From: Octopus bimaculoides
Lineage: Eukaryota
DNA length: 57,424 nt
NCBI RefSeq assembly: GCF_001194135.2
Contig: NC_068984.1
Location: 79,225,286 to 79,282,709, forward strand
Direction of reading: 5' to 3'
Shown: positions 23,331 to 35,366 of the stretch, in pieces
Layout: each line of letters starts with the position of its first letter
How positions within the stretch are numbered: position 1 is the first letter of the stretch
Notes under the pieces: generated by a model
Databases searched by the model: none
The model's input: the letters and a program-made list of their open reading frames with translations, nothing else
What the model was told of the DNA's origin: nothing
Position numbers and translations under genes: made by a program

Positions 23331-24225
23331 TATATATATATATATATATANNNNNNNNNNNNNNNNNNNNNNNNNNNNNNNNNNNNNNNNNNNNNNNNNN
23401 NNNNNNNNNNNNNNNNNNNNNNNNNNNNNNNNNNNNNNNNNNNNNNNNNNNNNNNNNNNNNNNNNNNNNNNNNNNNNNNNNNNNNNNNNNNNNNNNNNNN
23501 NNNNNNNNNNNNNNNNNNNNNNNNNNNNNNNNNNNNNNNNNNNNNNNNNNNNNNNNNNNNNNNNNNNNNNNNNNNNNNNNNNNNNNNNNNNNNNNNNNNN
23601 NNNNNNNNNNNNNNNNNNNNNNNNNNNNNNNNNNNNNNNNNNNNNNNNNNNNNNNNNNNNNNNNNNNNNNNNNNNNNNNNNNNNNNNNNNNNNNNNNNNN
23701 NNNNNNNNNNNNNNNNNNNNNNNNNNNNNNNNNNNNNNNNNNNNNNNNNNNNNNNNNNNNNNNNNNNNNNNNNNNNNNNNNNNNNNNNNNNNNNNNNNNN
23801 NNNNNNNNNNNNNNNNNNNNNNNNNNNNNNNNNNNNNNNNNNNNNNNNNNNNNNNNNNNNNNNNNNNNNNNNNNNNNNNNNNNNNNNNNNNNNNNNNNNN
23901 NNNNNNNNNNNNNNNNNNNNNNNNNNNNNNNNNNNNNNNNNNNNNNNNNNNNNNNNNNNNNNNNNNNNNNNNNNNNNNNNNNNNNNNNNNNNNNNNNNNN
24001 NNNNNNNNNNNNNNNNNNNNNNNNNNNNNNNNNNNNNNNNNNNNNNNNNNNNNNNNNNNNNNNNNNNNNNNNNNNNNNNNNNNNNNNNNNNNNNNNNNNN
24101 NNNNNNNNNTATATATATATAATATATATAGTAAATCCCAAAAAGAACAAACATATAAAAACAACAATGCGAGGACGTGGTACATGTAATGTATTAGCAG
24201 ATGCTTAGGAAAGGAAAGAAAGATG

Positions 24226-24261
24226 GTTTAACTTTTCAAGCAGACGCTCTTCTTCAGAAAC
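24226..24261 (-). ncRNA. Minimal hammerhead motif in a ~200-bp element (24130-24330)
   Basis: gttt CTGAAGA a GAGC gtct GCTT GAAA A GTT aaac; perfect 4-bp stem I, position 15.2 C>A. Confidence 0.65.
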
Positions 24262-24329
24262 AGAGGAAAGTCCAATAGAAGGGAAGACAGAGGAAGAAAA
24301 TCGCCAATAATTCCTATGTGGCTTATGTA

Positions 24330-24990
24330 CATGTTTGTATGCTTGTATTTGTCTCCCCTCCATCACTTGACAACTGATGTCGGTGTGTTTGCGTCCACAT
24401 ATCTTAGCAGTTCAGCAAAGAGACTGATAAAAGAAGTACTAGTTTTACAAAGAATAAGTCCTGGGGTCAATTTGTTCAACTAACGGTGGTGCTCCAGTAT
24501 GGCCACAGTCAAATGAATGAAGCAAATAAAAGAGTATAAGAGAGTCATAAAAGATTGCATCATAACATACAATTCTCCATCATCAGGTAAAATTTGAAAC
24601 ATTTATGTGGTCATGACCAGCATTGGTTGGACTATATACACACACACACATGCTATTGGACATTTTACTGCACCAACAAGTTACAGGGACAGAAACAAAG
24701 CAACACCGGTTGTCAAGTATTTCGAGGGAACAAAACCAACACAAACACAAAAACACGCAATCATATCTATATATATGTATATGTATATTTTGTATTATAT
24801 ATAAGCAAAAGTATGGCTGTGTGATAAGGAGCTTGCTTCCCAGCCACATGGTCCTGGGTTCTTTCCCACTGCATGGCATCTTGGGCAAGTATCTTTTACT
24901 ATAGCTTCAGTCTGACCCAAGCCTTGTGAGTGGATTTGGTAAATGTAAACTGAAAGAAGCTTGTTGTGTATATATATATATATACACAGA
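24330..24990 (+). mobile_element. Two separate SINE family B halves (tail 24330-24545, head 24810-24990)
   Basis: ggtgctccagtatggccacagtcaaatgaatgaag; ggctgtgtgataaggagcttgcttcccagccacatgg. Confidence 0.75.
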
Positions 24991-26343
24991 TCTTTTCACT
25001 ATAACCAAAACACAAAAGATCTATCAAATGTCATCATTTCTAAAAATAGCCAAACACCTACTAGGGTTCAAAAATCTTATCCCTATAACCAAAACACAAA
25101 AGATCTATCAAATGTCATCATTTCTAAAAATAAATTTGGCATCAATTCTAAAAATAGCCAAACACATACTGCTGCTGTCCAAAGGAATTGGTATAAAAGA
25201 CAGAAAACCAGCCAGTCTATTACAGTCTGTTACAGTCTGTCATACCGGCCATGATGAAATACCACAAGGTATAGAAAATACGTATTCGCCTTTATATATT
25301 TATATATTTAATCCTTTATATTGAACACTCAGTATTTCATATATTCAATATGACATCTTCCATATATTCAATAAGACATTCAATACTTCATTTCATTGTA
25401 CCATCCNNNNNNNNNNNNNNNNNNNNNNNNNNNNNNNNNNNNNNNNNNNNNNNNNNNNNNNNNNNNNNNNNNNNNNNNNNNNNNNNNNNNNNNNNNNNNN
25501 NNNNNNNNNNNNNNNNNNNNNNNNNNNNNNNNNNNNNNNNNNNNNNNNNNNNNNNNNNNNNNNNNNNNNNNNNNNNNNNNNNNNNNNNNNNNNNNNNNNN
25601 NNNNNNNNNNNNNNNNNNNNNNNNNNNNNNNNNNNNNNNNNNNNNNNNNNNNNNNNNNNNNNNNNNNNNNNNNNNNNNNNNNNNNNNNNNNNNNNNNNNN
25701 NNNNNNNNNNNNNNNNNNNNNNNNNNNNNNNNNNNNNNNNNNNNNNNNNNNNNNNNNNNNNNNNNNNNNNNNNNNNNNNNNNNNNNNNNNNNNNNNNNNN
25801 NNNNNNNNNNNNNNNNNNNNNNNNNNNNNNNNNNNNNNNNNNNNNNNNNNNNNNNNNNNNNNNNNNNNNNNNNNNNNNNNNNNNNNNNNNNNNNNNNNNN
25901 NNNNNNNNNNNNNNNNNNNNNNNNNNNNNNNNNNNNNNNNNNNNNNNNNNNNNNNNNNNNNNNNNNNNNNNNNNNNNNNNNNNNNNNNNNNNNNNNNNNN
26001 NNNNNNNNNNNNNNNNNNNNNNNNNNNNNNNNNNNNNNNNNNNNNNNNNNNNNNNNNNNNNNNNNNNNNNNNNNNNNNNNNNNNNNNNNNNNNNNNNNNN
26101 NNNNNNNNNNNNNNNNNTATATGTATATATATATATATGTATATATATACACACGTTCTGTTATTACACACACACTTGCAGACCCTCGCGCACGCACACA
26201 TATTCACCTCCCTTTTTCACTCTCCTGTCTTAGAAAGAACTTTTCCTCTACCACTTCCTCTTCCGGTCCTTCCACAATGTAACCTCGTGGACATCGGTGC
26301 TGATTTTTTCTTCCTCCATTTTTCCCTTCTTTGAACTTTCCTT

Positions 26344-26378
26344 GTTTCCGACGAAGAGCTCAGCTCGAAACGTCATAC
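26344..26378 (+). ncRNA. Minimal hammerhead motif in a (TA)n-flanked element (~26150-26480)
   Basis: gttt CCGACGA a GAGC tca GCTC GAAAC GTC atac; U4>C in core. Same family as 24130-24330. Confidence 0.65.
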
Positions 26379-28321
26379 TCTCTCTCTTTCCCTTCCCGAG
26401 CGTCTAGTAACACTATCCGTATCACGTCCTCACGTTGTTGTTTTTTGTTATTGTCTTTTGTCTGTTTTTTTTAACTTATATATATATATATATATATATG
26501 ATGGGCTTGTAGGTGGTGGTGATGCTGGCTGATGTGATTTTGTGGCTTGCTGGTATGCCGAGAGAGATCCACCTCTGTTTCACATATTTTATAAGTACAG
26601 CTGCCTTTGCTCTTGACTCATGCATTCTCGATTCTGTTGATCTCTATTTCCCACATTTTGAAAATACACTTCTCTTTAGTCCTAGCTCATTTGCTCTATC
26701 CTTTGCTGATTTCTCTCCCTCCTATGCCGTAAGATATGCTCCCTCTCCTCTTGGCATATTTCATTTCTTCTCTGTCTCACCCTCACATGATTTTGATTCC
26801 TTATTTCCTCCTGCTGTTTCTCGTGCAACCGTTCTCATGCTGTGTCCCTCATGTGATTGTCCATATTTTAAAACTTGTCATTAAAACAATAATTTTCCAA
26901 ACTATTTCAGAGTATTTCAATTGAGAAACGTATATGAATATATTGGACAATTTTTGTTTAAAAGGTGAAAATATTTCTGAAATACTCACCTAATATGCAA
27001 GGATACAATATTTAGGATACAGTAATTAATCATATTTAAGAAAACTAAAAAGTAAAAGGAAAAATTAGAATTAATATTTTTGATTTTGTTCAGCTCTATA
27101 AATTTTTTCCTTTTTTAAATGCTTTCATCCTTTACTTGATACAAGAGAAAAGAAATTGGAAAAACCCTGACCAAAACAGAGAAATTGTAACTTAACAAAA
27201 AATATAGAAAGAGAATGAAAAGGTTGTATTCAAAAGCCAAAAGATTTTTTTAGCTGCGGTATAATTTTATAATTAAAACAAATTCAAAATTTAAATCTTG
27301 GAACATAAGACTTAACATGTTATCTGGTGTATGGCCAAATTCAAATGGGTAGAAGACCTAAAACAAATGTTAGTGTGTGTGTGTGTGTGGTTGAGCCTTT
27401 AATAGCCAGGGGTTAATTTCAGTTCAATCATAGAAAGTAATTCATATACCTATCAACCACTCCTTCTCACTCACCCTCTTTCTCTCTCACTTCCTCTCTC
27501 CCTTGGTTGACACACATGGCGAATTTAAGTATCTTAATTTTCTCATTAAGATTGTTACTGATTTGGTGGTCCAGTAGGCATGGGTGTTGAGAAGTAGTAA
27601 TGCAACACATTTCTTTCAGATATTTCAAAAGATCTAGTTAGAATTTCTTATTTAAGCAACAGAATTTCTTTCAACAATTTCTTCTTCTTAAGCATGAAAC
27701 ACATATCAGGTACATACAAAAGATAAATTGGTAATAATAAATAGAAAGGAATTGAGAAAATGAAAGGTGGCGTGGCGGTATGTATTCCTGTGTTGAAAAG
27801 ATTTAGAGCATGCTAAAAATGGTGAAAGTTAGTTTCATTTGTATGTTGTTTGACTGACAATTGAACTGTAACATCTAACAACAGAGAAGGATTGGGTACA
27901 GGCAGCTAATTTATGCGAGATATCTGGTGTTTATTTTGTGATGTGGGCGAAGGAGAAAGAGATGGTTTACTTATAGGTTGAGGAAGATTTTATGGTATCC
28001 ATAAATTTGGAGGAAAACTAAAATTCTTTTTAAATACCAAAGAAAATATTACAAAAATTTTTCAAGAATAGTTTTTTATGATCATTGTTTTAATGACTTT
28101 GTTCTCTGCTGGCATGATTTGACAGGAGCTGACAAGCCAAAGGACTGTGGAGCCCATGCCTTCAGGGAACAAGGATAGGGAACAATGATCATGAAAATTT
28201 ATTTTTGAAAGAACTGAACATTTTTGAAAAATAATTAAAAAAAGAAATTTTGAACTTATGAAAGTTTTTTTTTTAAGCTAAAACTAAAGGTGGAAGTGGT
28301 TAAAAAAAATTTAACGGTTTC

Positions 28322-28525
28322 ACATTTTGGAATAAGGGCACCAACATTAGGCAGAGGGGACAAGTCAGTTACATTGACCTCAGTGCTCAGCTGGTACTTT
28401 ATTTTATTGACCCTGGAAAGGTGAAAGGTAAAGTTAACCTCAGTGGAATTTGAACTCAAAACAAAAAACTGGAAGAAACGTTAAGCAGTTTGTCTGTGCT
28501 AGTGATTCTGCCAATTTGCCATTTT
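28322..28525 (-). mobile_element. SINE family A (variant tail)
   Basis: Reverse complement of ttttgagttcaaattccactgaggttaactttacctttcacctttcc..ataaaataaagtaccagctgagcactg. Confidence 0.8.
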
Positions 28526-28549
28526 GTGATTAAGAATTTAACAGCAGCA

Positions 28550-28729
28550 GCCTTTTAGCTGCTAAGATCAAAGGGTAGTATCTGTTCTTATTAGCTCAAT
28601 ATCTGATAAAGTCCCTATTTGGAACCATTGATATTAAACTGATTTTTAGAACAAGGTGAAGAGTTAGGGGCTTGTTCTGCCTTTGTAACAGGTTGGCTTG
28701 GTATTTCAGTACTTCCAGGATTCAGCCCA
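28550..28729 (+). pseudogene. U2: U2 spliceosomal snRNA copy (near full length, 5' ~10 nt missing, diverged)
   Basis: Colinear U2 landmarks: gcctttt..gctaagatcaaag; branch-point recognition GTAGTA (28575-28580); tctgttctt; stem IIa tattag..ctgata; Sm-site-like aactgattttta; aggggcttg (SL III); ggttggcttggtatttcagtacttccagg (SL IV); ending ttcagccca. No snRNA-gene context: a SINE lies upstream and a retroposon tail downstream. Confidence 0.92.
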
Positions 28730-29078
28730 TTTGACTCATGCTGGTTGCATGTAAAAGCACTGGTGCCAGTGACTCCTCAAAGCAGTCGTGCCAGTGACTC
28801 AAAAAAGCACCTGTGCTAGTGACTCATAGAAGCACCTGTGCCAGTGACTTATAAAAGCACCCGTGCCGGTGACTCATACAAGCACCTGTGCTGGTGACTC
28901 ATAAAAGGTACCCACTTCACTCTCGGAGTGGTTGGTGTTTGGAAGAGCATCCAACTGTAGAAACCAAGCCAAAATCAGACTGGAACCTGGTGCAGCTCTC
29001 CAGCTTGCCAGTTCCAGTCAAACCGTCTAACCCATGCTAGCATGGAAAGCAGGCGTTAAACGATGACGATGATGATGA
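28730..29078 (+). mobile_element. Family C body and tail fused to U2, with six 25-bp tandem repeats
   Basis: Starts immediately after the U2 3' end; ataaaagcacctgtgccagtgactc-like units at ~28751-28900; ends catgctagcatggaaagcaggcgttaaacgatgacgatgatgatgat. Confidence 0.9.
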
Positions 29079-29240
29079 TATATATATATATAAAGCACAT
29101 ATATATATATACATATATCTATGTTTACATATATATTAATGTGTTTGCATATGTTATACATATATATACATATACTTAAATATATACACATATATATATG
29201 TATATATATATGTATGTGTATATGTATATANNNNNNNNNN

Positions 29241-30235
29241 CAACTATCATCATCATCATGATTATGATCATTGTCATAGACATTGTTGTTGTTGTTGTCA
29301 TCAACCTATGAGTCATTATCGCTTTGCTCATTATCATTACAACAACCAGCACCACTCACAGTGCCACCTCCACCATCATGATTATGATCATGATAATCAT
29401 CATCATCACCATCACTACCACCAGCACTATAACTATCATCACCACCACTATCACCATCCTCATCACCATCACTACTACNNNNNNNNNNGTGGATGATGAG
29501 TAAAGCACCAGCACAGTTTCGATTACCTACATAAATATATACATACACACACACACACAAGACAGGCTTCCAGATACTTTCCATCTTACTTAATTCCATG
29601 CACAAGTCATTAATGCTATAGAAAACTGAGTTTAAACTCTAGCCTAATAGATTCATGTAATTTTAGACAAGATTAACTTATCCTATTGATTTCCTATTGA
29701 GTTAGTTTATCCATCTTTCTAATGTTAGTATTGTTGTATCTTGGATATGATGATGGTGGTGTGTAATGAGTGGTGTTGTGGTATGTTCTTGATGAGCGTA
29801 GGGTAAGTGGTTGAAGGTAGGCATGGTAGGATTGGCTGACGGGGTGGGTCGGCAAGATGGGTATGGCAGGAGTGAAGTAAGGACTGGTGATGGCATGGTG
29901 TACTTTATTGTCCTCCTCATCATTGTCATCACCACCACCTCCATCGCCACAACTATCATCATCATCATGATTATGATCATTGTCATAGACATTGTTGTTG
30001 TTGTTGTCATCAACCTATGAGTCATTATCGCTTTGCTCATTATCATTACAACAACCAGCACCACTCACAGTGCCACCTCCACCATCATGATTATGATCAT
30101 GATAATCATCATCATCACCATCACTACCACCAGCACTATAACTATCATCACCACCACTATCACCATCCTCATCACCATCACTACTACCAAAATCATCGTC
30201 ATATCATCATCATCATCATCATTATTGCCATCATC
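29241..30235. repeat. Cryptic (CAT/CAC)n triplet low-complexity region
   Basis: 29241-29478 is essentially identical to ~29950-30187 and is bounded by 10-N gaps, so it is probably an assembly duplicate. Confidence 0.85.
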
Positions 30236-31237
30236 ATTTTTTATCAGGTCTTCCATATTAGCATGGGTTTGATGGGTTTTTCTAAGATAGCATTCAACAG
30301 CCACGTTACTTGAGCATCGAACAAGTATACCTTATAGTACTTGGTTCACATTCTTCTTATAATTCTTTATGCCCAGTTTTGATATTGCCTTTCCTCGTTA
30401 CAAGGCTGTGAAAATATGTACCAATTAAAAAGCTAACCTTGCAGTTCAACAAACACATATCAATAAAACAAACCCCGGATTAAAATAAGTACTGCGCAAA
30501 CAAGAGTCAATGTAACTGAGTAAAAGTTTTCAAAAGCAATGCTCCAGTATGACCGCAGTCTGGTGATCTAAACCAGTAGAAGAATATAAAGAATCACTAT
30601 ATTATTATGTTGTATCTTCTTATCATATAATAAAATATTATATTCTATATTTAATCTCCTTTTGTGAATATATCAAGGAAATATATTCAGAATCTCTAAG
30701 ATATCAATGCCAACGTTGTCTTTAATAACATAACATCTTTAAGTGATTTAAACCCAATATAATATTTGGTAGAAATTAATGATAGGTGATCTCTCCATTT
30801 GCCCTTTTTGTGGCACTATCCGGCAATTTCATTAATTAATTTCCAATACTGATATATATTATTCATGCCATGGTTAACTGGTTTATAGCAGACAGTAGTT
30901 CTTGTTAGAGTAGAAGACTTTAAGAAAGCCATGCCAAACTCTAATGGGAAATTCATAATTGTACGTCAGATAAGTTAAGTCTTGCAAGGACCAACTTCTA
31001 AACTTTATTACTCACAAATCATACCATCTAATACCATAGATTGCTAAATGATTAGTGAATCTCTATGTGGTAACACAGCCTGCTAGAAAAAACAGCCAGT
31101 TGCAGCTGCAGGTGCAGGTATTGCTGTGTGATTGAAAAGCCTGCTTTCAAGAGTTTTGGTCTTGGTTTTAGCCCCACTGTGAGGCATCTTAGGCAAGGGT
31201 CTTCTGTTATAGGTCCAAGTTAATCAAACCTTGTACC

Positions 31238-31420
31238 ATCATCATCATCATCATCATTTAGTGTATATCTTCCATACTGGCATACATTGGATGGTTTGGT
31301 AAGAGCTGTCTAGTCAGAGTTGCATCAGGCTCCATTGACTGTTTTGGCATGATTTCTACAGCTGGATTCCCTTCCTAATGCCAACCACTTTACAAAATTT
31401 ACAGGGTGCTTTGTATGTGG
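31238..31420 (-). mobile_element. Family C element, diverged
   Basis: (cat)n..tcttccatactggcatacattggatgg..ctggattcccttcctaatgccaaccact. Confidence 0.8.
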
Positions 31421-31440
31421 CGCCAATATCTATCTATCTA

Positions 31441-31479
<39 letters not shown>

Positions 31480-32105
31480 ACTAGTTACTTACCTACCCAA
31501 ATGGACTAAACAGAACAGGAGACACGCTGTATGGAGAGTCGCTGAAGAGGTCACAAGATGTGTGATGAAAGATTTCCAGACATTGGTCATGAAATAAGAA
31601 CAATAATAGACAAGTGAAGAATGAATATATAGTGCGTGTATTTATTTGGCAAAAAAAAAAAAAAAATTACCATCTCGAAATTTAACAATATCTGTTTCAA
31701 TATATGATTTCACCCCAGGAATCTTGCAAAACAAATTCATAAACGTATATAGATTTTATTATGGGGACAGAAGTGTTTATAGGACTTCAAAAAAAAAATA
31801 AGTGCTCAATGAAACTGAGATACAGACAAAAAACATTGATTAGAGAATAAAGATCAAATTTGAGTCAACGACTTTATATAACACCATGCTTCCATACATT
31901 TCATCATATATAAATGGCCTTCAACATATAAAAGGAATACATATATAAAAGCACAGAAGGTAAAAAATATATATGCACAAAAAAATACAAAATATATAGA
32001 AAGGCCTGTCAAGAAAGGGTATATACAAATCAACTAAAATAAGTAATCAAAACGAATTACTAAAACGTGTCAAGCAACTAAAAAATATCAATCAACCAAA
32101 AAAAT

Positions 32106-32960
32106 GATACTCATCTGGATATCATCTCTAGTTTGGGCCTGCTTGATAGAACCCAACCTTATGCTCTAAAACCTCCCCATTGTCTTTTGAAGGACCATAA
32201 ATCTGATTATTTATCAAATCCTTTGATGAGATTAATCTGCCCAACCAAGTCCAATTTGGGCAGAATTAGTAAATATATTATCGATCAGATTATTCCCATC
32301 ATTAGGGATAAGATTCAACTTCCCCTATGGAACTTTACTGGGGATATTATCTTATGGTTTGACTCCCTTACTGATAATCCTAATTTAGATTTTATCCAAT
32401 TTGCTATCTTGAATTATTACAATTCCATATCCCCTATATAGCTAAATAAGGTTTTGATTTTTGCTCGGAAATTTGCAAATATCTCTAGTTTGGATATTGA
32501 TGGAATTTTAGTGGCAAAGGAGACCCTCATCTCCTTCAGCAAGTATAACTGTCGGAGAGCTGATTCCACCAATTTCTTTGATATTACTATGGGGTCCTCA
32601 GATTCAGCACAAGTGGCCGATTTAGTGGACCTATACCTCCTTTTGAAGATTAGGGATAGTTTTCCTCTCCTTACTAGGGGATTATATAGGGATGATACAA
32701 TACGAGTGCAAAAACTTATTTAAAGATAATAACCTATAGCAGGACCAGTCCAAAATTTTCTAACAAAAAAAAAATCATTTTATTTTATTTTATCGCCAAA
32801 CATTTAGGTGGCTGCTAATCATGGGAATTTTTCTATCTGGTTTTCGAAACCCAGTAAGCAAACTAAATATTATCTACTACATCTAGCCTTACTTCTATAT
32901 ACTTTCAGAAAAGTAGAAGAAAATATGGTTGCAGAAAGGGATCACCTCAGTAAACTTATT
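32106..32960 (+). mobile_element. Penelope-like element reverse transcriptase relic
   Basis: ORFs 32133-32441 and 32454-32723: LKDHKSDYLSNPLMRLICPTKSNLGRISK..LPLWN..WF..FIQFAILNYYNSIS ... FFDITMGSSDSAQVADLV..GLYRDD. These match PLE RT motifs (KDHK..RLINPxKS; FDIxxFYPSI; FDVTMGSYDGAE; LYRDD). Interrupted by stops. Confidence 0.85.
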
Positions 32961-33091
32961 TAATATTTTAGGCCCAAAGGACCTAAGGATGGCAAGAGAT
33001 TACTTTATATACAACTTACATTTGTTAATATTAACCCTAAAATAAGGGGCCTTCGAGATTATAAACCATTTAAGAGAGTAAATTTGGAAGT

Positions 33092-33397
33092 CTAGTATAT
33101 ATTCTATCGGTCTCTTTTGCCGAACCGCTAATGTTACGATGACGTAAACACACCACCATCGGTTGTCAAGCAATGGTGGGGGGACAAACACAGACACACA
33201 AACACACATACATATATATATATATACATATATACGACAGACTTCTTTCAGTTTCTGTCTGCCAAATCCACTCACAAGGCTTTGGTCAGCCCGAGGCTAT
33301 AGTAGAAGACACTTGCCCAAGGTGCTATGCAGTGGGACTGAACCCGGAACCATGTGGTTGGTAAGCAAGCTACTTACCACACAGCCACTCCTGCGCC
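33092..33397 (-). mobile_element. SINE family B (tail truncated)
   Basis: Reverse complement begins ggcgcaggagtggctgtgtggtaagtagcttgc. Confidence 0.9.
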
Positions 33398-33428
<31 letters not shown>

Positions 33429-33661
33429 NNNNNNNNNNNNNNNNNNNNNNNNNNNNNNNNNNNNNNNNNNNNNNNNNNNNNNNNNNNNNNNNNNNNNNNN
33501 NNNNNNNNNNNNNNNNNNNNNNNNNNNNNNNNNNNNNNNNNNNNNNNNNNNNNNNNNNNNNNNNNNNNNNNNNNNNNNNNNNNNNNNNNNNNNNNNNNNN
33601 NNNNNNNNNNNNNNNNNNNNNNNNNNNNNNNNNNNNNNNNNNNNNNNNNNNNNNNNNNNNN

Positions 33662-33695
<34 letters not shown>

Positions 33696-34714
33696 TATAT
33701 ATGTACATATGTATATGTATAAGCGTGTGTATATAACAGGTTGAGTAGTTGTTTCATTCTCTATCAGTTTTATTGCACCATACACATAAACTTGTACACA
33801 CACACACACACACACAAAGACACGTGAAAGTTTGATATATGCATATGTATGACTGTATATATATGTATATGTATGTATGTATGTGTATGTGTCTGTCTAC
33901 TTACGTACATATACATACATACATCACTACATCATAATTGCTTTACCACCGACGCCCACACCCCACTGATAGAGATAGAGAATCTATTCTGAGAAATCCC
34001 CTTGCTCTTGCTTCCTTAATCTTCTTCGTCTCACCCTTTGAGTTACAGACAGCCTTCCGTTTCTGACTTGTTTACTAGTGAACTTAAAAAGATAGCTTTC
34101 CTTTCCAATTAACACTGATGTGACTAACCGAATTCTTATTCTCTCAGCGGTGTTACCAACAACGACAACAACAATAAAATGCAAATCCGGCATCGCCTTT
34201 CATCTGCGAACAAATAAAAGGTAAAATTTCATACGCAAGAAAGTAATAATTGCTTTTGTTCCTGGAAGATAAAAGTCAAGCAGGATATTGCTTTCATATG
34301 GATTATTTTTCAGGTGTTTTAAACTAAACTAGTTTTAAGATTAACTCAACAAATCTAATAGCTTGGAATCAGAACTACTGTCATGTGGTGTTTGACTAAA
34401 GAGATGATGTTATAGGTAGTTGTGGGTCAGTACTGATCAAACAGATCTATGATGGAAGTCTTTCCAGGCGTGAATATACTACCTGTGTTTTTTTTCTTTT
34501 CTTTTCTTTTCTTTTCTTGGATACTGGCATAGATGGTTTAAAAGCTTGCATGGTTAAAAAGCTTGCTTCCTAGCCACATGGTTCCAGGCTCAGTTCCACT
34601 GCATGGTAGATTGGACAGCTATCTTCTACTATAGATCCAGACTGATAAAAGCCTAGTGAATGGATTTGGTAGAAGGAAACTAAAAAAAGCCTTTCATATA
34701 CATACAGCGTAACA

Positions 34715-34817
34715 GTGTGGTAAGAAGCTTGCTTCCCAAATACATGTTTCCAGGTTCAGTCCCTCAGGCCAACCAAAGCCTTGTGAGTCAATTTGGTAGT
34801 TGGAAACTTAAAGAAGC

Positions 34818-34861
<44 letters not shown>

Positions 34862-35075
34862 TATGTGTGTGTCTGTGTTTGTCCACCTACCATCACTTGA
34901 CAGCCGATGTTGGTGTGTTTACGTCTCTGTAACCTAGCGGCTCAGCAAAACTGACTGATAGAATATGTACTAGGCTTACAAAGAATAAGTCCTGGGGTCA
35001 GTTTGTTTGACTAAAGGTGGTGCTCCAGCATGGCCGCAGTCAAATAACTGAAAAAAGTAAAAGAATAAAAGAATA
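34715..35075 (+). mobile_element. SINE family B
   Basis: gtgtggtaagaagcttgc..(TA)n..ggtgctccagcatggccgcagtcaaataactgaaaaaagtaaaagaataaaagaat. Confidence 0.85.
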
Positions 35076-35318
35076 TAAAATATATATGTTGTTATGGTAT
35101 ATTCTGTTAAGAATGTAGTAGAGCACAGTATAAAGCTTATGGCTACTACTAACTCCAGGCCAAGACAGACAGAGAGGATGCTCTTGAAGCTGAGAAGTTG
35201 AACCTACAGAGACAATATTTACATATCACCTGGAGAACTATGTTGCAAAGAAACAATTGTAGTGATTGAAAATAAATGTCCAACTGTACTCCTTGTTGCC
35301 TCCAAATTTTTTCATTTA

Positions 35319-35366
<48 letters not shown>

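Noticed and set aside
28751-28905. CRISPR-like array of 25-bp repeats
   Set aside because: No spacers, eukaryotic context, and the unit derives from a family C motif; it is a simple tandem repeat.
30600-31000. Possible degraded GIY-YIG endonuclease remnant (..TLS..QYNIW*K..CPFC..) upstream of the Penelope RT
   Set aside because: Similarity is fragmentary across stops and frames and cannot be told from chance by eye; a translated HMM search would be needed.
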